Below are positions 11,853-24,971 of a stretch of DNA of 64,000 nt, piece by piece. The position numbers were made by a program, and so were the translations under genes. Where the stretch lies: NCBI GenBank assembly GCA_001687465.1, contig LVLI01000132.1, positions 1 to 64,000 of the forward strand. The letters run 5' to 3'. Source of the stretch: Halocafeteria seosinensis. Taxonomy: Eukaryota. Every line of letters begins with the position of its first letter. Positions within the stretch are counted from its first letter, which is position 1. Under the pieces are notes generated by a model that was not told where the DNA came from, did not search any database, and saw only the letters and a program-made list of their open reading frames with translations.

Positions 11853-13252
11853 TCACACCTCTGGTTCTCCTTGTTTAGGGATTGAGAATGGATCCGTCTC
11901 AGGAGGAGCCATAATTAGCTCGAAAGGAGGTTCATGCTCATAGTCCCGAGGTAACTCGCCTAGCTCAGAAAGCCGTTCCACTTCTGACGGGTTCATGTAT
12001 TGACCGCTGTGCCATTTTCTTAATTGTTCAATGAATTCTTCCGTAGGGAAATATGTAGGGAATGGTGGAGCCTCCGTAAAGGTATGCTTAATGCTATCTC
12101 GCACCTGTAAAGGGACGTAAACGAAGTTAGCCGGGAGAAACAAGCAGTGATCGGTACTACCCTACCTTTATATATGATCCAGCTTTCCCGGGGACAGCCC
12201 CTCGGACGTATACTAAGTTCCGTTTTATATCTATTTTATACACACAGAGTCCTTGTGTGGTAACGTTATTGCCACCCATGCGTCCCGGCATCTTCTTTCC
12301 TTTGAATACCCGACTGGGATCTGCTGCTTGTCCAATGGAGCCTGTGGATCGATGTGCTTTGGAAACACCATGGGTTGCAGGTTGTCCTCCAAAATTGTGT
12401 CTCTTCATCACTCCTTGGAATCCTTTCCCCGTGCTCTTGCCTGTTACGTCCACTAGCTGTCCAGGGACAAAGTGCTGCGCTAGAATTTCAGTTCCTGCAA
12501 CCATATCCAGAGCATGAGAGACTTGACGTTTTCTGCCGTCGGTAAAGTAAAAAAAAGCATACCTGGTTCTAGTACAGCTTCCGGTGAGACTTTAAATTCG
12601 ACCAGTTTCTTTTTCGGTTCCACATTGACTTTTGCAAAGTGTCCCTTCTGCGGTTTCTTCACTCGTTTGGGTTTTGCTTCGCCGGCACCGATTTGCACCG
12701 TCAAAGCTCCTTGGTTCGTCTCGGGGTGTTTAATTTGGGTCACTTGGACATTTTCCAACTGCTCGCAACGAACCCACATACTCAGTGAGCACTCACAAAT
12801 GCACTCCAAAACAACATCCAACTACGTACCTTGAGCATCGTCAATGGAATTCTGCGTCCCCACATGTCCCAATCCGCGGTCATGCCACATTTCAGTGCCA
12901 CCACTCCCATGCGGCGCACATCGTTCGACCACTTGTCCGACTGCTGCCCAGGGGTGTTCAGAAGATCCTCCGACGGTACAACCACCCTTTGATGCGAGGG
13001 AAGCATGGGATTGGACATATTAAAGGAAGTTTTGCGAAAAGGCACTTCGGGATCCACCGGGATCGAGACGTCAGCGTTGTTTCTACTGCTGCTCTCTTTG
13101 CCAGACGCCGAGGACGCTTGCGTAGCAAGTGTCCGATGAAGCACATGGGCATAGACCGGGGAAATACTGTGTATACGAGTAGAAATCCCTTGGAAAACAG
13201 ATTGGACCGGCCCCGGTCGCAAGTGACGCAGCTGTCTTGCGCCTCCAATCAT
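11853..13252 (-). CDS. MRPL3: Mitochondrial ribosomal protein uL3m (multi-exon)
   Basis: [51 protein letters not shown] and KKMPGRMG; transit-peptide-like N-terminus. Confidence 0.95.
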
Positions 13253-13948
13253 GGTTCCCAGGCCTCACGTTCGACACAGCACACCACCACGACTACTTCA
13301 CTACTAATTGACCAGGAAAGCTCGTCCATACACCATACAATACAACGTGTATCAGCCACAAATCGATAATGACGGCCTGGACAAGACAATCTTTTCGTCT
13401 ACTTGGAGTTGCTTCGTTTTGTGTCCGTTGAGAATCGAGAGCTTCATTGAGAATCGAGAACTTCAGATGTACCCGTGGGTAGTCGTAGGAATCTAACTAC
13501 CCACAAAAAGTTTTGAAAGTTTTATATCTCGCCGAATGGCTTCTGGAGTTTTTGGATGGGCAAAATGGTGACAGTGTAGAAATGTGTATTACCTGACACG
13601 GACGACAGCGCACAAGTTCCTCAACAAACACATACAAGCGTACGCACGCGAGCAGGCCTTGTGTAGCATGTAGACTAGAAGAATTCTTCCGATAGGAGTA
13701 ATGCTAACGCATACGAGGAAAGCATCAATTGCTTGCTTCAGTTGTCGAGATTCTAGTCTCGATACCTGGGAAGCTCCAAGTATCAAAGAATCTAGTACTG
13801 TCGCTAGTTTACTTGGTCTAGGTACTCTTAAATATATATGTAGCTCGCACTGTCCGTGGCAAGAGCATGCTGGTAGCACCTTATACTTGTTCAGAACATC
13901 TCTGGATTGTGGAACAGGTTAGTGTACTGTACGTCATGTATCTACATT

Positions 13949-13965
13949 TGTGTGTGTGTGTGTGT
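13949..13965 (+). repeat. (TG)n microsatellite preceded by tatctacatt (partial match to the dispersed-repeat terminus)
   Basis: Directly visible. Confidence 0.8.
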
Positions 13966-14076
13966 ACAGTATGCAGTTCTATGTCCATTGACCGAGATGC
14001 TAACGCCGATACACCAACAATAGATACAGGGCAGGATCGATAGAAGGGGGGAACCAAGCCGGAAGCTTTCGGTCGC

Positions 14077-16114
14077 CTACGGCTCAACGGGTTTACCATT
14101 GCTCATTTCAGAGTAAACGTCTCGAGTACTATCCAAATCCCAGGCAGTGTTACCGGTGTCGATGCTCTCATAGAAGAATTCACCTTCTTTGCTCATTCGC
14201 TCGATCCATGTGCTACTGGGTAATTGTTCCTTGTTTTTCAAAGATATGGTCTGTTCCTTTAGAACACTTCGTCTTATAGAGCCCTCCGCAAGATTGTCAA
14301 TCTGTTCTACAAGTTCATTGCACTCCTCTGATTTTGGGCGGAACCAAACGGTCGAACTGACTCCAGTAATATCGACCACTCCAAAGGAGCTCCACGCTAA
14401 GACGTCGGTCCCGTGAAGTCCTACAGAAAGCAGCAGTTTGAGTTTGATCCACCAAATGAAGATGAACAGGGCTGCAAGCGCCACAGACACACCAAAGATT
14501 ATCCAGGGAATTTGCGGAGAAACAGCGGAAACAGCCCTGTCCGCTTCGACTAGCAGTATTGCCGTGCCAATAAGACCCGCTAGCAGAATCACCCCAGCAA
14601 AAACCAAATATTTTGGGTTCCCATATGTCACAGCACCAATATAAGTGCGTTTCTTGAACTGTCCACTTAACTGAGAGTATCCGCAGATAGCCATCATGCA
14701 CCGTTTCGTGGGGCCCTCACAACAACATCGACACAGACAGCAACATAGGTTCTTCTTCCAGTTGCAAGTCGACGTGTGTCGAATATGATCCGGATATACC
14801 TGTAAATCAGCAATCTGCTCTGATAAATCGTATCCATCCATTTCTTTCTGGACAGGATCCTGAGAAACGTCTCGCTGAATCTGGGAGGACAAAATCACGT
14901 TACTGATTTCGGGCAATTTCTTAGGAGTAGAGAAAACCAGCAAGGATTTCTGCAAGAGTAAACAACAGTTTAAGGAAGTAGTAATAGTAACGTGTAGTTC
15001 CGCGAGTACCGCGTGGCCGACGTACCTCTGGTAGTCCTATTGTCATCGCGGAAGACGCCGAAAACACAAACGCAAGAATGCCAGCGATGAGGAAGAACAG
15101 ACCGAGGCCCAAAGAGAGCTGAGAAGATGCTGGTTCTTCAGTTGCCCGAACCAGCAGCACGATCGCAATAACCAGAAACGGTAACAAAACCCACCATTTT
15201 CGCTGAGACCTTGAACCGTACGTCCATAGCACGTCCTTCAAACGAAACCTGTGATACTCCTTGGAGCGGAGGCAGGGAATACCACAGGGGGTGCGGTTTA
15301 TATAGAGCTCACCGGCGTCTCCCCTAACAAACAGAGTATCTTGTCGCAGCTGGAATATACCAAACAACTTATCTTTCTCCGTGAATGTTTGGTCAGCCAC
15401 CGGCGTTTCCTGTGTCGTTTCATCCTTGATACCTGCCATAAACGATCGTGCTTCCTCGAGGAAGGTCTTCGAGGATTGTTCCGGTATCCTCGCCACAAGC
15501 AGCGACGTATTGTACAGGTGCTTTCCTGTAAACTCGCCAAATGTTTCTCGGAATAGGAGACTGAGAAGCAGAACGAATACAGCTAGCAATGCTGCAATCA
15601 GGATCCACATCCACAGCTTGAGACCGCTTCCGCTCGCCAGAATAATTCCTATAACTACAACGAAGAGTAGCAGGAGCCAGAGAAAGAAGAGGGCTCTGGC
15701 CACTTCAGGAGGAACAGCACCCTGATAAACCGATGAAACCTTGACTCGCCTCCATGGAACTGTCATGTTACTTCTTATGGTGCAAGGTTCACAAGGGCAA
15801 AGAATTGAACACTTTTCAGATTTCCGGATACTGGCAGATCGAGAGCCCTGTATCATGCATTACACAATTGAACCGACGCTCAATTGCTGCTATCAACTTC
15901 AAAGCAAATTTAGATTACATACGAAAATGGTGTTGGATTTCCCCGTTTCACAGCACATCTTCCAGCATCGATGAGTGAAGGGGAACTCATCGTGGTGGAC
16001 AAAGGGCGAAGTAGACGCAGGCTGCGTCGGCATTGTCTGAGGGTCCCCAGCGTACATCGGGTTCTTGTTATCTTCACTCTTGTCATCTTGGTTACGATCC
16101 TCGGACCTTCCCAT
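14077..16114 (-). CDS. Uncharacterised multi-pass membrane protein with Cys-rich segment and C-terminal WW-like domain (paralog A, 3 exons)
   Basis: Three hydrophobic TM pairs; CCCLCRCCC; WIERMSKEGEFFYESIDTGNTAW (WW-like); colinear with 17102-19118 and shares intron positions. Confidence 0.8.
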
Positions 16115-17101
16115 AGTGTTTCTAGGTATGGCTATAATGAGTTCGCTTTACCTTTGCTTAACGACCGCTGTCTCCAGTTGTACAAGGTTCTGCAAATCAC
16201 CAAGAGTGCTCAGAGCAGATATTTGTCAGGGCACGCTTTCACGATCAGATTCAGTTCGACCAAAGCCTTTTTTCTTGCCCCGTCAAAGATTGGCAAACTG
16301 AAATCGAGGGGTAGGAGGCGTTTGTACAAAAGGGACCGCCAAGAAAATAGCTTGCGCTTCCACGACCGGGACAGCTTCACTCACTGATTGTTCTTGGTGT
16401 AGTCAACGGAGAACAGTATTCAGCGTAACAAGTTCGCTTGCTGATGATACTCGGTGTGACAAACTAACTGAGTGAAGAGCTTCGCTGTGACAACCCATAG
16501 ACGTAATGTCGTGTGCATTGCATGATTGCACTACAGTACGACACCTCAGCTCCAGCCGCCAAGGAGTTGTGAAGGTAGTGATGCGACCCAGTCCATTGCA
16601 CCACCATATATGCAGGTAGCCTTAGACTCAGTTACGTTACAGCATTCAATCGACTTGTGTTGTATTGTTACGTAGTTGTACCTTGGGATCGCATGCTGTA
16701 AGGGTCTGGCTGAGGGTGGTCTGTCTTCGTCTTCGCACGTTAATTCCACGACTCCGTGCGAAGGGAAACGAAGGGTGCTACCCTGTCACGTGTTACAGTA
16801 CACGCAAAGGCCGAATTCAACAAGAGAGACCCCGTCTTTGCTTGGAAGCGGAAGGTTCGCACAACTACTCTGCAGTGAACAAAAAACCAGAGAAATCACA
16901 CGCACGCGCAGCGCAGTGATACGGTACAGTCCTACGCGTCTATTTGGCAACGTGGTACCAACGGTACTCGCCTAGTGAGGATAGTGAGTGTACGTTGTTA
17001 CCAACTCTGGCACAACGCCAAAGAATGTTGCTGAGCTTGTTATTGGCTCTATTCTATTCTTGTTTGCCGACTACAGTATGGGTGTGAACCGTACAACTAG
17101 C

Positions 17102-19118
17102 TCATGGCTCTAAGGTTGCGGTGCTATGCTCGAATTCGGGAGAGTAAATGAGTTGAGAAGGCTTAACGTTCCACGCGGTCTTCCCGTTGCTGGCATTTTC
17201 ATAGTAGAATTCCCCCTCTTTGCTCTTGCGTTCAATCCATGTACCTCCATTCCCGATTTTGGCTTTGGAGTTGGTCCATTGATTTCTTAGCATCTCTCTC
17301 CTAACCGAAGACTGTGCTAGATTATCAATTTCCTCTACCAGTTCATGAGAGTTTAGCTCTCCCTTTGGAGTGAACGCTACTGCCGCGATTATGCCGGTAG
17401 GGTCTACAAATGTAAGTGGTGGTGTTAGCTGAACGAGATGATCCGTCCCTTTGAGGCCGATGGAGAGTAACGTCTTCCTGGTGCACAAATACAACAAGAA
17501 AAAAAGCCCTGCAACTAGCCCGCACGCGAGGAGAGTTAGCCACGGTGCTTCTGGCTCCTCAGTAAGTACAACCGCCAGAACGGCCCCTAGAGCGAGCGCG
17601 ATGATAAACCAAACATACGCGCATACTAAGAGTACTGGATTCCCGAAAGTGGCTGAGCTGACGTAAGTGCGTTTAGCAAATTTTCCACTTAGCTCGGCAA
17701 ACCCGCATGCCTTCATTACACATGATGTCGTGCAGTTAGCACAGCAAAGTTTACAACAACAGCAACAGCAATTCTCTTTCCAATTGCAAGTCGACGTGTG
17801 GCGCAAATGATCTGGGAACAGTTTTAACACTGTCATCTGATCATAAAGGTCGCGCCCGTCTAAACTTTTATGTGTAGGATCATTGGATACGTCACGTCCT
17901 ATCTGGGACGACAAGATTGTGTCACTAATTTCTGAGAGAGCTTTTGGGGCGGCTCCGAACATGAGCGTTGTGTTCTGTACGCAGATATTATACGTAAATT
18001 GCAAAGCCGCACAATACCCGATGCCCACTTACGACGGGAAACCCAATAATCATGGCAGCGTCGGCGGAGAAAATGTAAGCAATCAATCCCAGGAAGTACA
18101 ACGAAGCCCCAATCCCAATGAAGGCCCCTGGGGAGCTAGAGTCAATGCCAATTATGACAAATACGATGAAAACAGCAATTGCAAACAAGAGCACGTAAGT
18201 ATTACGGCTCGATTGTGCACCGTACGTCCATATCGCATCGCTAACTCGAAATCTGTGGTAGGCTTTTGAGCGTAGCCACGGTAGACCGCACGGCGTACTA
18301 TTCTGATATAGTTCCCCCTTGTCCCCGTTTACGAAGAGTGTATCCTCTCCGAGTGGGATGCAACCGAATAATCGCCTCACTTTTCTAAACTCCTTATTCA
18401 CGAGTGTGGGCATTTCCACCTCTTCCGTTTTGATGGAAGCCATAAAGTTTTCGGCTTCCTGCACAAACGTTTGCGCAGTTTTTGCTGGTATCCGTGCCAC
18501 CACTAAATCGGGATTACTTAGGTATTTGCCTTTAAACTCTCCATACGTTTCGCGAAATAGCAAGCTCAGACCTAGTACTATAATCACCTCGACGATTCCT
18601 ATGGCCACTATCCCAGAGATTTTGAGGCTTCCAAAGCTTGCCACAGCTATTATCACCAAGAGAATCGCTGCCACGGAGAAGAGTGCACGCAACACTTCTG
18701 GGGGAACAGAGCCTTCATAGATAGAAGTTACTTTGATTCGCTTCCAGGGTACGGTCATGTTGGTTTCTTTGAAGCATTTCTTGCAAGGGCAGATGATTGA
18801 AAATGGTTCCGACTTCCGAATACTGGCGGAATGAGCTCCCTGCAAGCACGCCACATACGCGTTGTTTTGTGTCGCAGTCATTTCAGTTTGAGAACGACTT
18901 ACGAAGATTGTGGTAGTTTTGCCCATAGAACAGCCGATTTTCCAGCACCTATGTGTGAAGGGGAATTCTTCATGACGCACATAGGGCGTTAGCTCCTGAA
19001 ATGGGACGGGTGCCTGATTCGGCGTGCCGTGAATAACGTTCGCCCCATACATCGGATTGACATTTTCTCCGTTCTTGTCATACCCATTCACGGATCCTTT
19101 GTCTTTCGAACCCGTCAT
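17102..19118 (-). CDS. Uncharacterised multi-pass membrane protein with C-terminal WW-like domain (paralog B, 3 exons)
   Basis: Shares FPFTHRCWK, SASIRKSE, NMTVPW, DTLFV.GD.GELY, RHTSTCNWK and WIER.SKEGEF.YE with paralog A. The first intron is in frame and stop-free, so the ORF track reads through it. Confidence 0.8.
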
Positions 19119-19763
19119 GATTATGTCAGTGAATGGAATGGATTCGCAAGACGCAATGACCGCAGTTACACACACGTTCTGTACACATGTATGGTACAAA
19201 GCACACTTTCACCTTCAGTTGCACCCAATACGGTCAACAATGGAGTTACAGCACTCTACACTCTGTGCTTACACACAAACTGACCTCGGAAGCGAGCGAT
19301 GTGATCTCAGTGGACAAAACAACAACAAAAGGTGTCACAACGGGAGTGACAAAGGGAAGGAAAAAAATTGTTCCCGGAGTGGCAACTATTTCTCCGGCCA
19401 GAACACCCGAATCGGAGTGTTACCCACCACTTGGTACCTTTCTCTTTTTGACGCTCCGAAGATTGAGACGGTAGCAGTGTCAAGAACACCTACAAGGCGA
19501 TGCAGGACATTCCAATGGTTTCCCTCCGGAAAAAACGGACATGACTAGTCAATAGACCCCCACAACTTTGATGACACTTGGTGGAGCGGAAAGGGTTGAT
19601 AGCATGGAACTCTATACCATATGGTACGATGCAGAGCAGTACCAACGAGTAATAGCGTTAATATGTTTCTATATTTTTTGGGGGGGGAGAAGGGGGCCTT
19701 CTGGCTTGTACTGCATCGGCATGATATGCCGCAAAAAATTCAAGCAACGGGGTGAATTCCAGC

Positions 19764-22700
19764 TCAAGTCTCGTTAGACTCGTTGCGTTCCCTGGAATGA
19801 CTCTGTACATTACTGATAGTTGGAGGCGAATCTTCTAAATCGTTGGCCATGGCATACGCTCTTAACTGGTTCACCTGTGAGCTTGTAGGGGATTCGTAGT
19901 CCTCGTTTTGGCTCGTCGAACGAGTCGAGTACTCAGCCGCAAGATCCTGCCAAGCCCGTTTATTTTCCTGAGAAGCCGATGCATTTTCTGCAATCTCCTG
20001 AAGAGCCTGTTGCCTTGCTGTGTTCTTTGCGTGCTCAATTGTTCCCCTCAAAAATAACGGTGGACGTGTCTCTTGAGCTCTTTGGATTCGCTCCTGATTT
20101 CTGTTATACCTCTCTTGGAGCTGTCGATCTGCTTCTCTCTTCCTCTCTCGGGCAACAGGATGAGACCCATCAACTTGCCATGCTAACGGTTGAGGCCGTC
20201 TTTGTTTCTCCAGCTCCGTCACAATGGGTTTAATCTTCCTTGACGCTTCAAGCTCCTTGCTTCGTCTTATTTCTTCTTCCATTGCAGCACTCTGCTCATC
20301 AAGCTGTTTAGCTCGTAGTTCCGCCTGACGATGGCGCATCTGCAATTCAACCGAACGAGTAAGAGAGGGTGTTGGGCCACTAGGAGGATCCATCCATCCA
20401 CCTCGAAGCACATCCTTTGCACTTGCTCTTCTAACAGTGCGGGATTTGGAGCCAGTATCCTGCCCTTCATGCTGACTTTGCAACGCAGTGCTATCCTGCC
20501 GATGCTGGGCTTGCTCCTCCTTCAACCAGCTTTCTCCAGCAGTGCCTTTCGATGACATGAGGTCAAGAGCACTAGTAAGACGAGCTTGTCTACGAGCCTC
20601 CCGCTTTTCTCGTTCTTCTTCTCTCTTCTTTTCTGTATCAAACGAGAATGGCTGAGGAGTTGTTCTCGAGAGAGTCTTGCGCGATTGAGCAAGCTGCTCA
20701 CTAAACCTCTGATGAAGTTTCGAAAAGTTTGGTAGGTGATGATTCACTTGGGGCTGGTATGAATATTCGGGGGCAGATGCCCTTTTCGCACCAGACTCTC
20801 CTTCTTGCTGTTCTCGTTTGATGTGCATTTCCATGCGAGGTGGGTACGCTGCTGACGCCAGAGTGGATGCCGCCCGTTCAGCAACTTTCTCTCGGCGGAC
20901 CTTCTCTCTCTCAGCCATCTCCTCCTTGAGTTGCTCCTGAGCATCTTTCTGTACGCTAGAAGGCAAGGGGTTTGCACGGAACCTTCTTGATTCGCGAAGT
21001 GATTGTTCTTCGTCGCGGATTTTTTGACGGCGTTTGGCGTCCAAATCTGCTGACATATCTTCTTCATGCTGCATGAGCCCTTTAAACGGTTTCATCATTT
21101 CCTCAAGCTCTTTCCGTCGCGCTTCAACTCTATATTTAGCTGTCATCTCCTTCCGCTTCATAACTTTTGTAAATAAGGGCTGGGTTGTCGTAGCTGGCAC
21201 TGGTTTTGCTTTAAATTGGTGGTTGAGAGTATCCTGCAATTGTTTCTCACGCTGCTCTTGGTCTTCCTTCGCTCGTCTGGCAGCAATTGTTTCGCTCGTA
21301 TCATGCTTTTGTGCGGAAGAACTTGCTTTACTAAACCCAAACGACCTAGCCACGGATTCATTTTTTTTCTTTCCTCCCAACGACTTGTAGAACTTGTGTG
21401 CTGCTGATTGAGGGGCTGATCTGGACTTCCATGTTGACGTTCTCTGGGCAGATTGATTTTCTTGTTCCTTCTTTCCTTCCTTCTCTTCATCCTCAGCAGC
21501 TGGTCCCAAGTATTGTCTTCTAATCCTTCGGGCCCACTCTTTATCAGCATCTATTAGTGTGTCATAATCGACGAGAGAATCTGTGTCGGCCTCCGCTGTT
21601 CCCCTTGGCGATCGCTTCTTCCCTTCCTCTTCCGGGGACGCTACTTTTTGTTCCGGGGCTTCATGGACTTCGTCAACCTTGCTTTCTACTTGGGAGTGCC
21701 GAGAGAAAAGTGGTTCTTCCTTCTTTACAGCTGTAGATTCATCCACAGCCTGGTCTGCATTATCCGCTTTAAATTGCTCTAGTCGGCCTAACTCTTTTCC
21801 AACAAATGCATCAGCCCTCGTCATTTTTTCGCCGTGAACAATCGATTCAGCCTCTTTGCTCCGCAACGTACTATTCCATTTTTCGTCAAGCAAATTTTGA
21901 AGAAGTTCCATGTTCTTCTGATGCTCTCTTAGCAAATCTTGGACTCGTTCATGTAAGCCTTCAGAATGCGCTGTCTGAGAATCCAACGCATTTCCGGTCG
22001 AGTCAACTCCACACTGTTGCAGCTGCTTCTGTAAATCTTTCATTCTCCCCTCAATTGTTTCAACTGTTGCAGTAGCAGTTTGGCTTACACGCTCGTGTTC
22101 CTGTGGTCGTTCAACACTCCTCCGGGATTTTGGAGCTGTATCTCGCGAGGTTCCCCTTTTGGACGACGCTTTCTTTCCCAGAGTTTTTCGTTGCTCTTTG
22201 TTCTCATAACTGTCGATCAGCTCCTTCTCTGCTCCTCCATAGTGATATCCCTTTGTGTATCCATGACGGGATGTATAGTTCTGTTGACGCCGATGAGTGA
22301 AACCTTCGTAGCCAACAGATTCCGGTACCTCGGCCTCCCAATGAGGCTGCTGATTTTCCTTCGCTTCTTTCTTGAACAGAGTTGTGGACGCTCCAGGCCC
22401 ATACTCTGCAGAGCGTTTGGGTGGAGATCCCAAAAACAAGGTTGCCTTTTCGGAACCATCCTCCAAGTTTTTCCTAAACATTTCCGCCGCAGTCGGATCA
22501 CGCTCCTTGCTCCCATGTGGGGACCATCTTTGAGTGTCTTGCGTGCCACTGCCACTAGTCCGCGCTCTTGCTGTAGACGGTCTTTGTTTCTGTTTTGACT
22601 TTGCGCTGTGCTTTTTGTTCTCTCCCTTACGTCGACTGGTGAGGGCCATTGGTTGTCCGTTAACTTCGAGGCCTGCTCCTCGATCAAACGCTACACTAGT

Positions 22701-23225
22701 TTTCGGGCGGGGAAGTGTTAGAGAACGTCGCACTTCTTCATCTGACGGCGCATACGCATTCCACGCCTGCAAGCAACGAATCGATACCTAGTATAGACCT
22801 TGGTTTGTGATTACCTACTGTAGCGGATTTGGCCTACCTTCCTCCCTCCGGTATATCTCCGCGGATGTTGGAGACGCTGCTTGATCTCCTCAACTTCGAA
22901 TTGCTGCACGTATAAAAAACCAGAGACAGTAAAATCTTGTTAAGTTTGAATAAATGGATACTCAAACAGTGAACACCTCGCTTAAGGCCGGCGGGAACTG
23001 AGTGTACCCAGGTTGCTAGCTTACCTCAAGTTTTTCATCATTTTCATTCAATACTCTGTAGTGATCCCGAGGATCCTCCCACGGATTCCTTCTTACCACG
23101 GGCCCGGTTTCACTGCAAAACGCAAGAGGAGAAGTTGTGATAACGTTGTCCAATAAGCTTCTGGGCTCGTAGACACCCGTTACGCAGTTCAGGTTCTGCA
23201 CTTACCCGGCGCTTTGCGTCGCCAT
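19764..23225 (-). CDS. FAM161: FAM161 family (UPF0564) centriolar/ciliary microtubule-binding protein, multi-exon
   Basis: Coiled-coil protein with FKAKPVP, PFKGL, FRANPLP, YQPQVNHHLPNFSKLHQRF and TTPQPFSF motifs typical of UPF0564; short upstream exons from an ATG at 23225. Confidence 0.8.
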
Positions 23226-23970
23226 TTTCTATGATCCACCTCTAACGCGCAGAGTCCTTGTATTTGATGCGATTAGTGCCAAACGTCAACAAAATTGCTC
23301 TGTATGGTGTGCGTTTCTCTCTCCCTAGAAGTAGCAATGGTCGATGGCGTCGAGCTTCACAATACCCATTCCTGGTTATTCCGTTGCCCAGGGGCGATAT
23401 CTAGGACCTCTGGGTACCCAACTCTATACACTCTAACGTGTAAAATGTACCTCCGTGGAGAACAGAGGGGGAACAAGTCTGGATAGTATACAGAACTGGG
23501 GTAAAAGTTTTGGCGCGCAACTTGCGTTAACCTCGTCTGGTCCCACTCGTCTCTCTATTCTATAACACACCTTTTCTTCTATTTTTTTCATGTGTTCACG
23601 TCACTAGCATGGCATAAAGTGACAGACAAACTCCATATCAAATACACGCACTACAAATGCACTACGTCGGCCACTACAGAGGCCATGCGACCGCCGTGAG
23701 TCAACATGCATGTCGTGCGCGCGAAAATTCCATGAGACAGATATTCTGCAACCAGTGCAAGGTGGTCCACCTTAGGTGGAGCTTGGATTCAATACAATGT
23801 AAATGGATGCACCCACCCATGCACACACAGCTAGTCAGATATCGAATGGTTTGCACAACACAAATTCACCACCTCTATCGCGTTAGCTTGGCTTTCCAAA
23901 TTGGCTTACCTCTGACATTGTGGGCGCAGGCATGGCTCCTCCCCCGATGCCTCCTGAGCTTAACCAGTGC

Positions 23971-24111
23971 TGTGTTCCCCCACGGCGCATGTCAGCAAGG
24001 CTGCAGGAACAGCGGGCCCGTCGCTGCTTAACACGGGCGCTTACCGCTCCTCGTTAAGAGGATGTGGTCAAATTCCCGGCCGGTGGGCTATCTGTCACAT
24101 TTGTGTGTGTG
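23971..24111 (+). repeat. Dispersed structured repeat, copy 1 (ends ...gggctatctgtcacatt(TG)n)
   Basis: Aligns by eye with 25992-26118 (minus) and 57794-57892 (plus). Confidence 0.85.
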
Positions 24112-24947
24112 TAATTGCTACGCGAATCTCCTAGGGTATAGAACTCTACTGTTCTCACACACACACACGTGCACACATCCGTGGACGGAAGACACTGACG
24201 ACATATGGACATTATTTCCATTTAGGCTGAAGTACAATAGTTGTAGGTTTTTTGAAGCTACTGACGTTCTCTATACATTGTGTTTATTTTTCAGTGGCCC
24301 AACCTGTCGGGACAGCGTGCCTTCCTTGAATCGCCCGTAGGCCATAAATTAACCGCCGATCTTTTGGTCCATTACGGAGGAGTTTGTTTCCGATTATGTG
24401 ATCCAGAAAGTTACTGATCGGTTGCTGGACCTTCACAGCCGGCATCGCAATACTTTTTTTCAAGGTACTACGTGACATTCCACAATTGCGGAAATTTGTG
24501 ATGAATGAGGCAGGACTCGCAATCGATGCGGGATTGAGATATACAAAAGTGAGGGTCCTCTTCTCAGACAAACTGCCCCCCGCGACGAGGGCATCTTCGA
24601 AAGAGTCTTGATAGAATAACGTTTCAAAATTTAGAAGAATTTGGAGCAACGGATAGTCTCGCAGTGACTGGTTCTCGGTGTCGCTTAAATCTTACAGAGC
24701 ATCACCGGTTAGCGGTTACGACTTACATGGTCACCAAATGACAGTAGGTTGAGAGCATCCGGTATCTCGCGGTGGTAATTTTGCCATGAAAAAGGCATAT
24801 TTTTTGCGAGAAATTCTAGAAACGTACTAGAGAGCCTAAGGACGTACATATGCTTTTGATATTTGGTGCATATTTGTAGGACCTCCCGAGATTTATTTTA
24901 CTTGCGGGGTGCAGAAATGGAAGTCTGGTAGTCCAGTCAATTTCGAC

Positions 24948-24971
24948 ATTGGAGTGACTAGTCACTCCAAT
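24948..24971. repeat. Perfect 24-bp palindrome ATTGGAGTGACTAGTCACTCCAAT
   Basis: The sequence equals its own reverse complement. Confidence 0.9.

Noticed and set aside
12785..13369. Antisense and overlapping ORFs in the ORF track (this one and many similar)
   Set aside because: Shadow ORFs of real genes, with no motifs.
24008..24098. Assigning the dispersed repeat to HDV-like, twister or pistol ribozyme classes
   Set aside because: Only fragments match (UCCUCG, GGUCCC, loop pseudoknot); the required P3/P1 pairings or A-rich linker are absent, so it is left unassigned.
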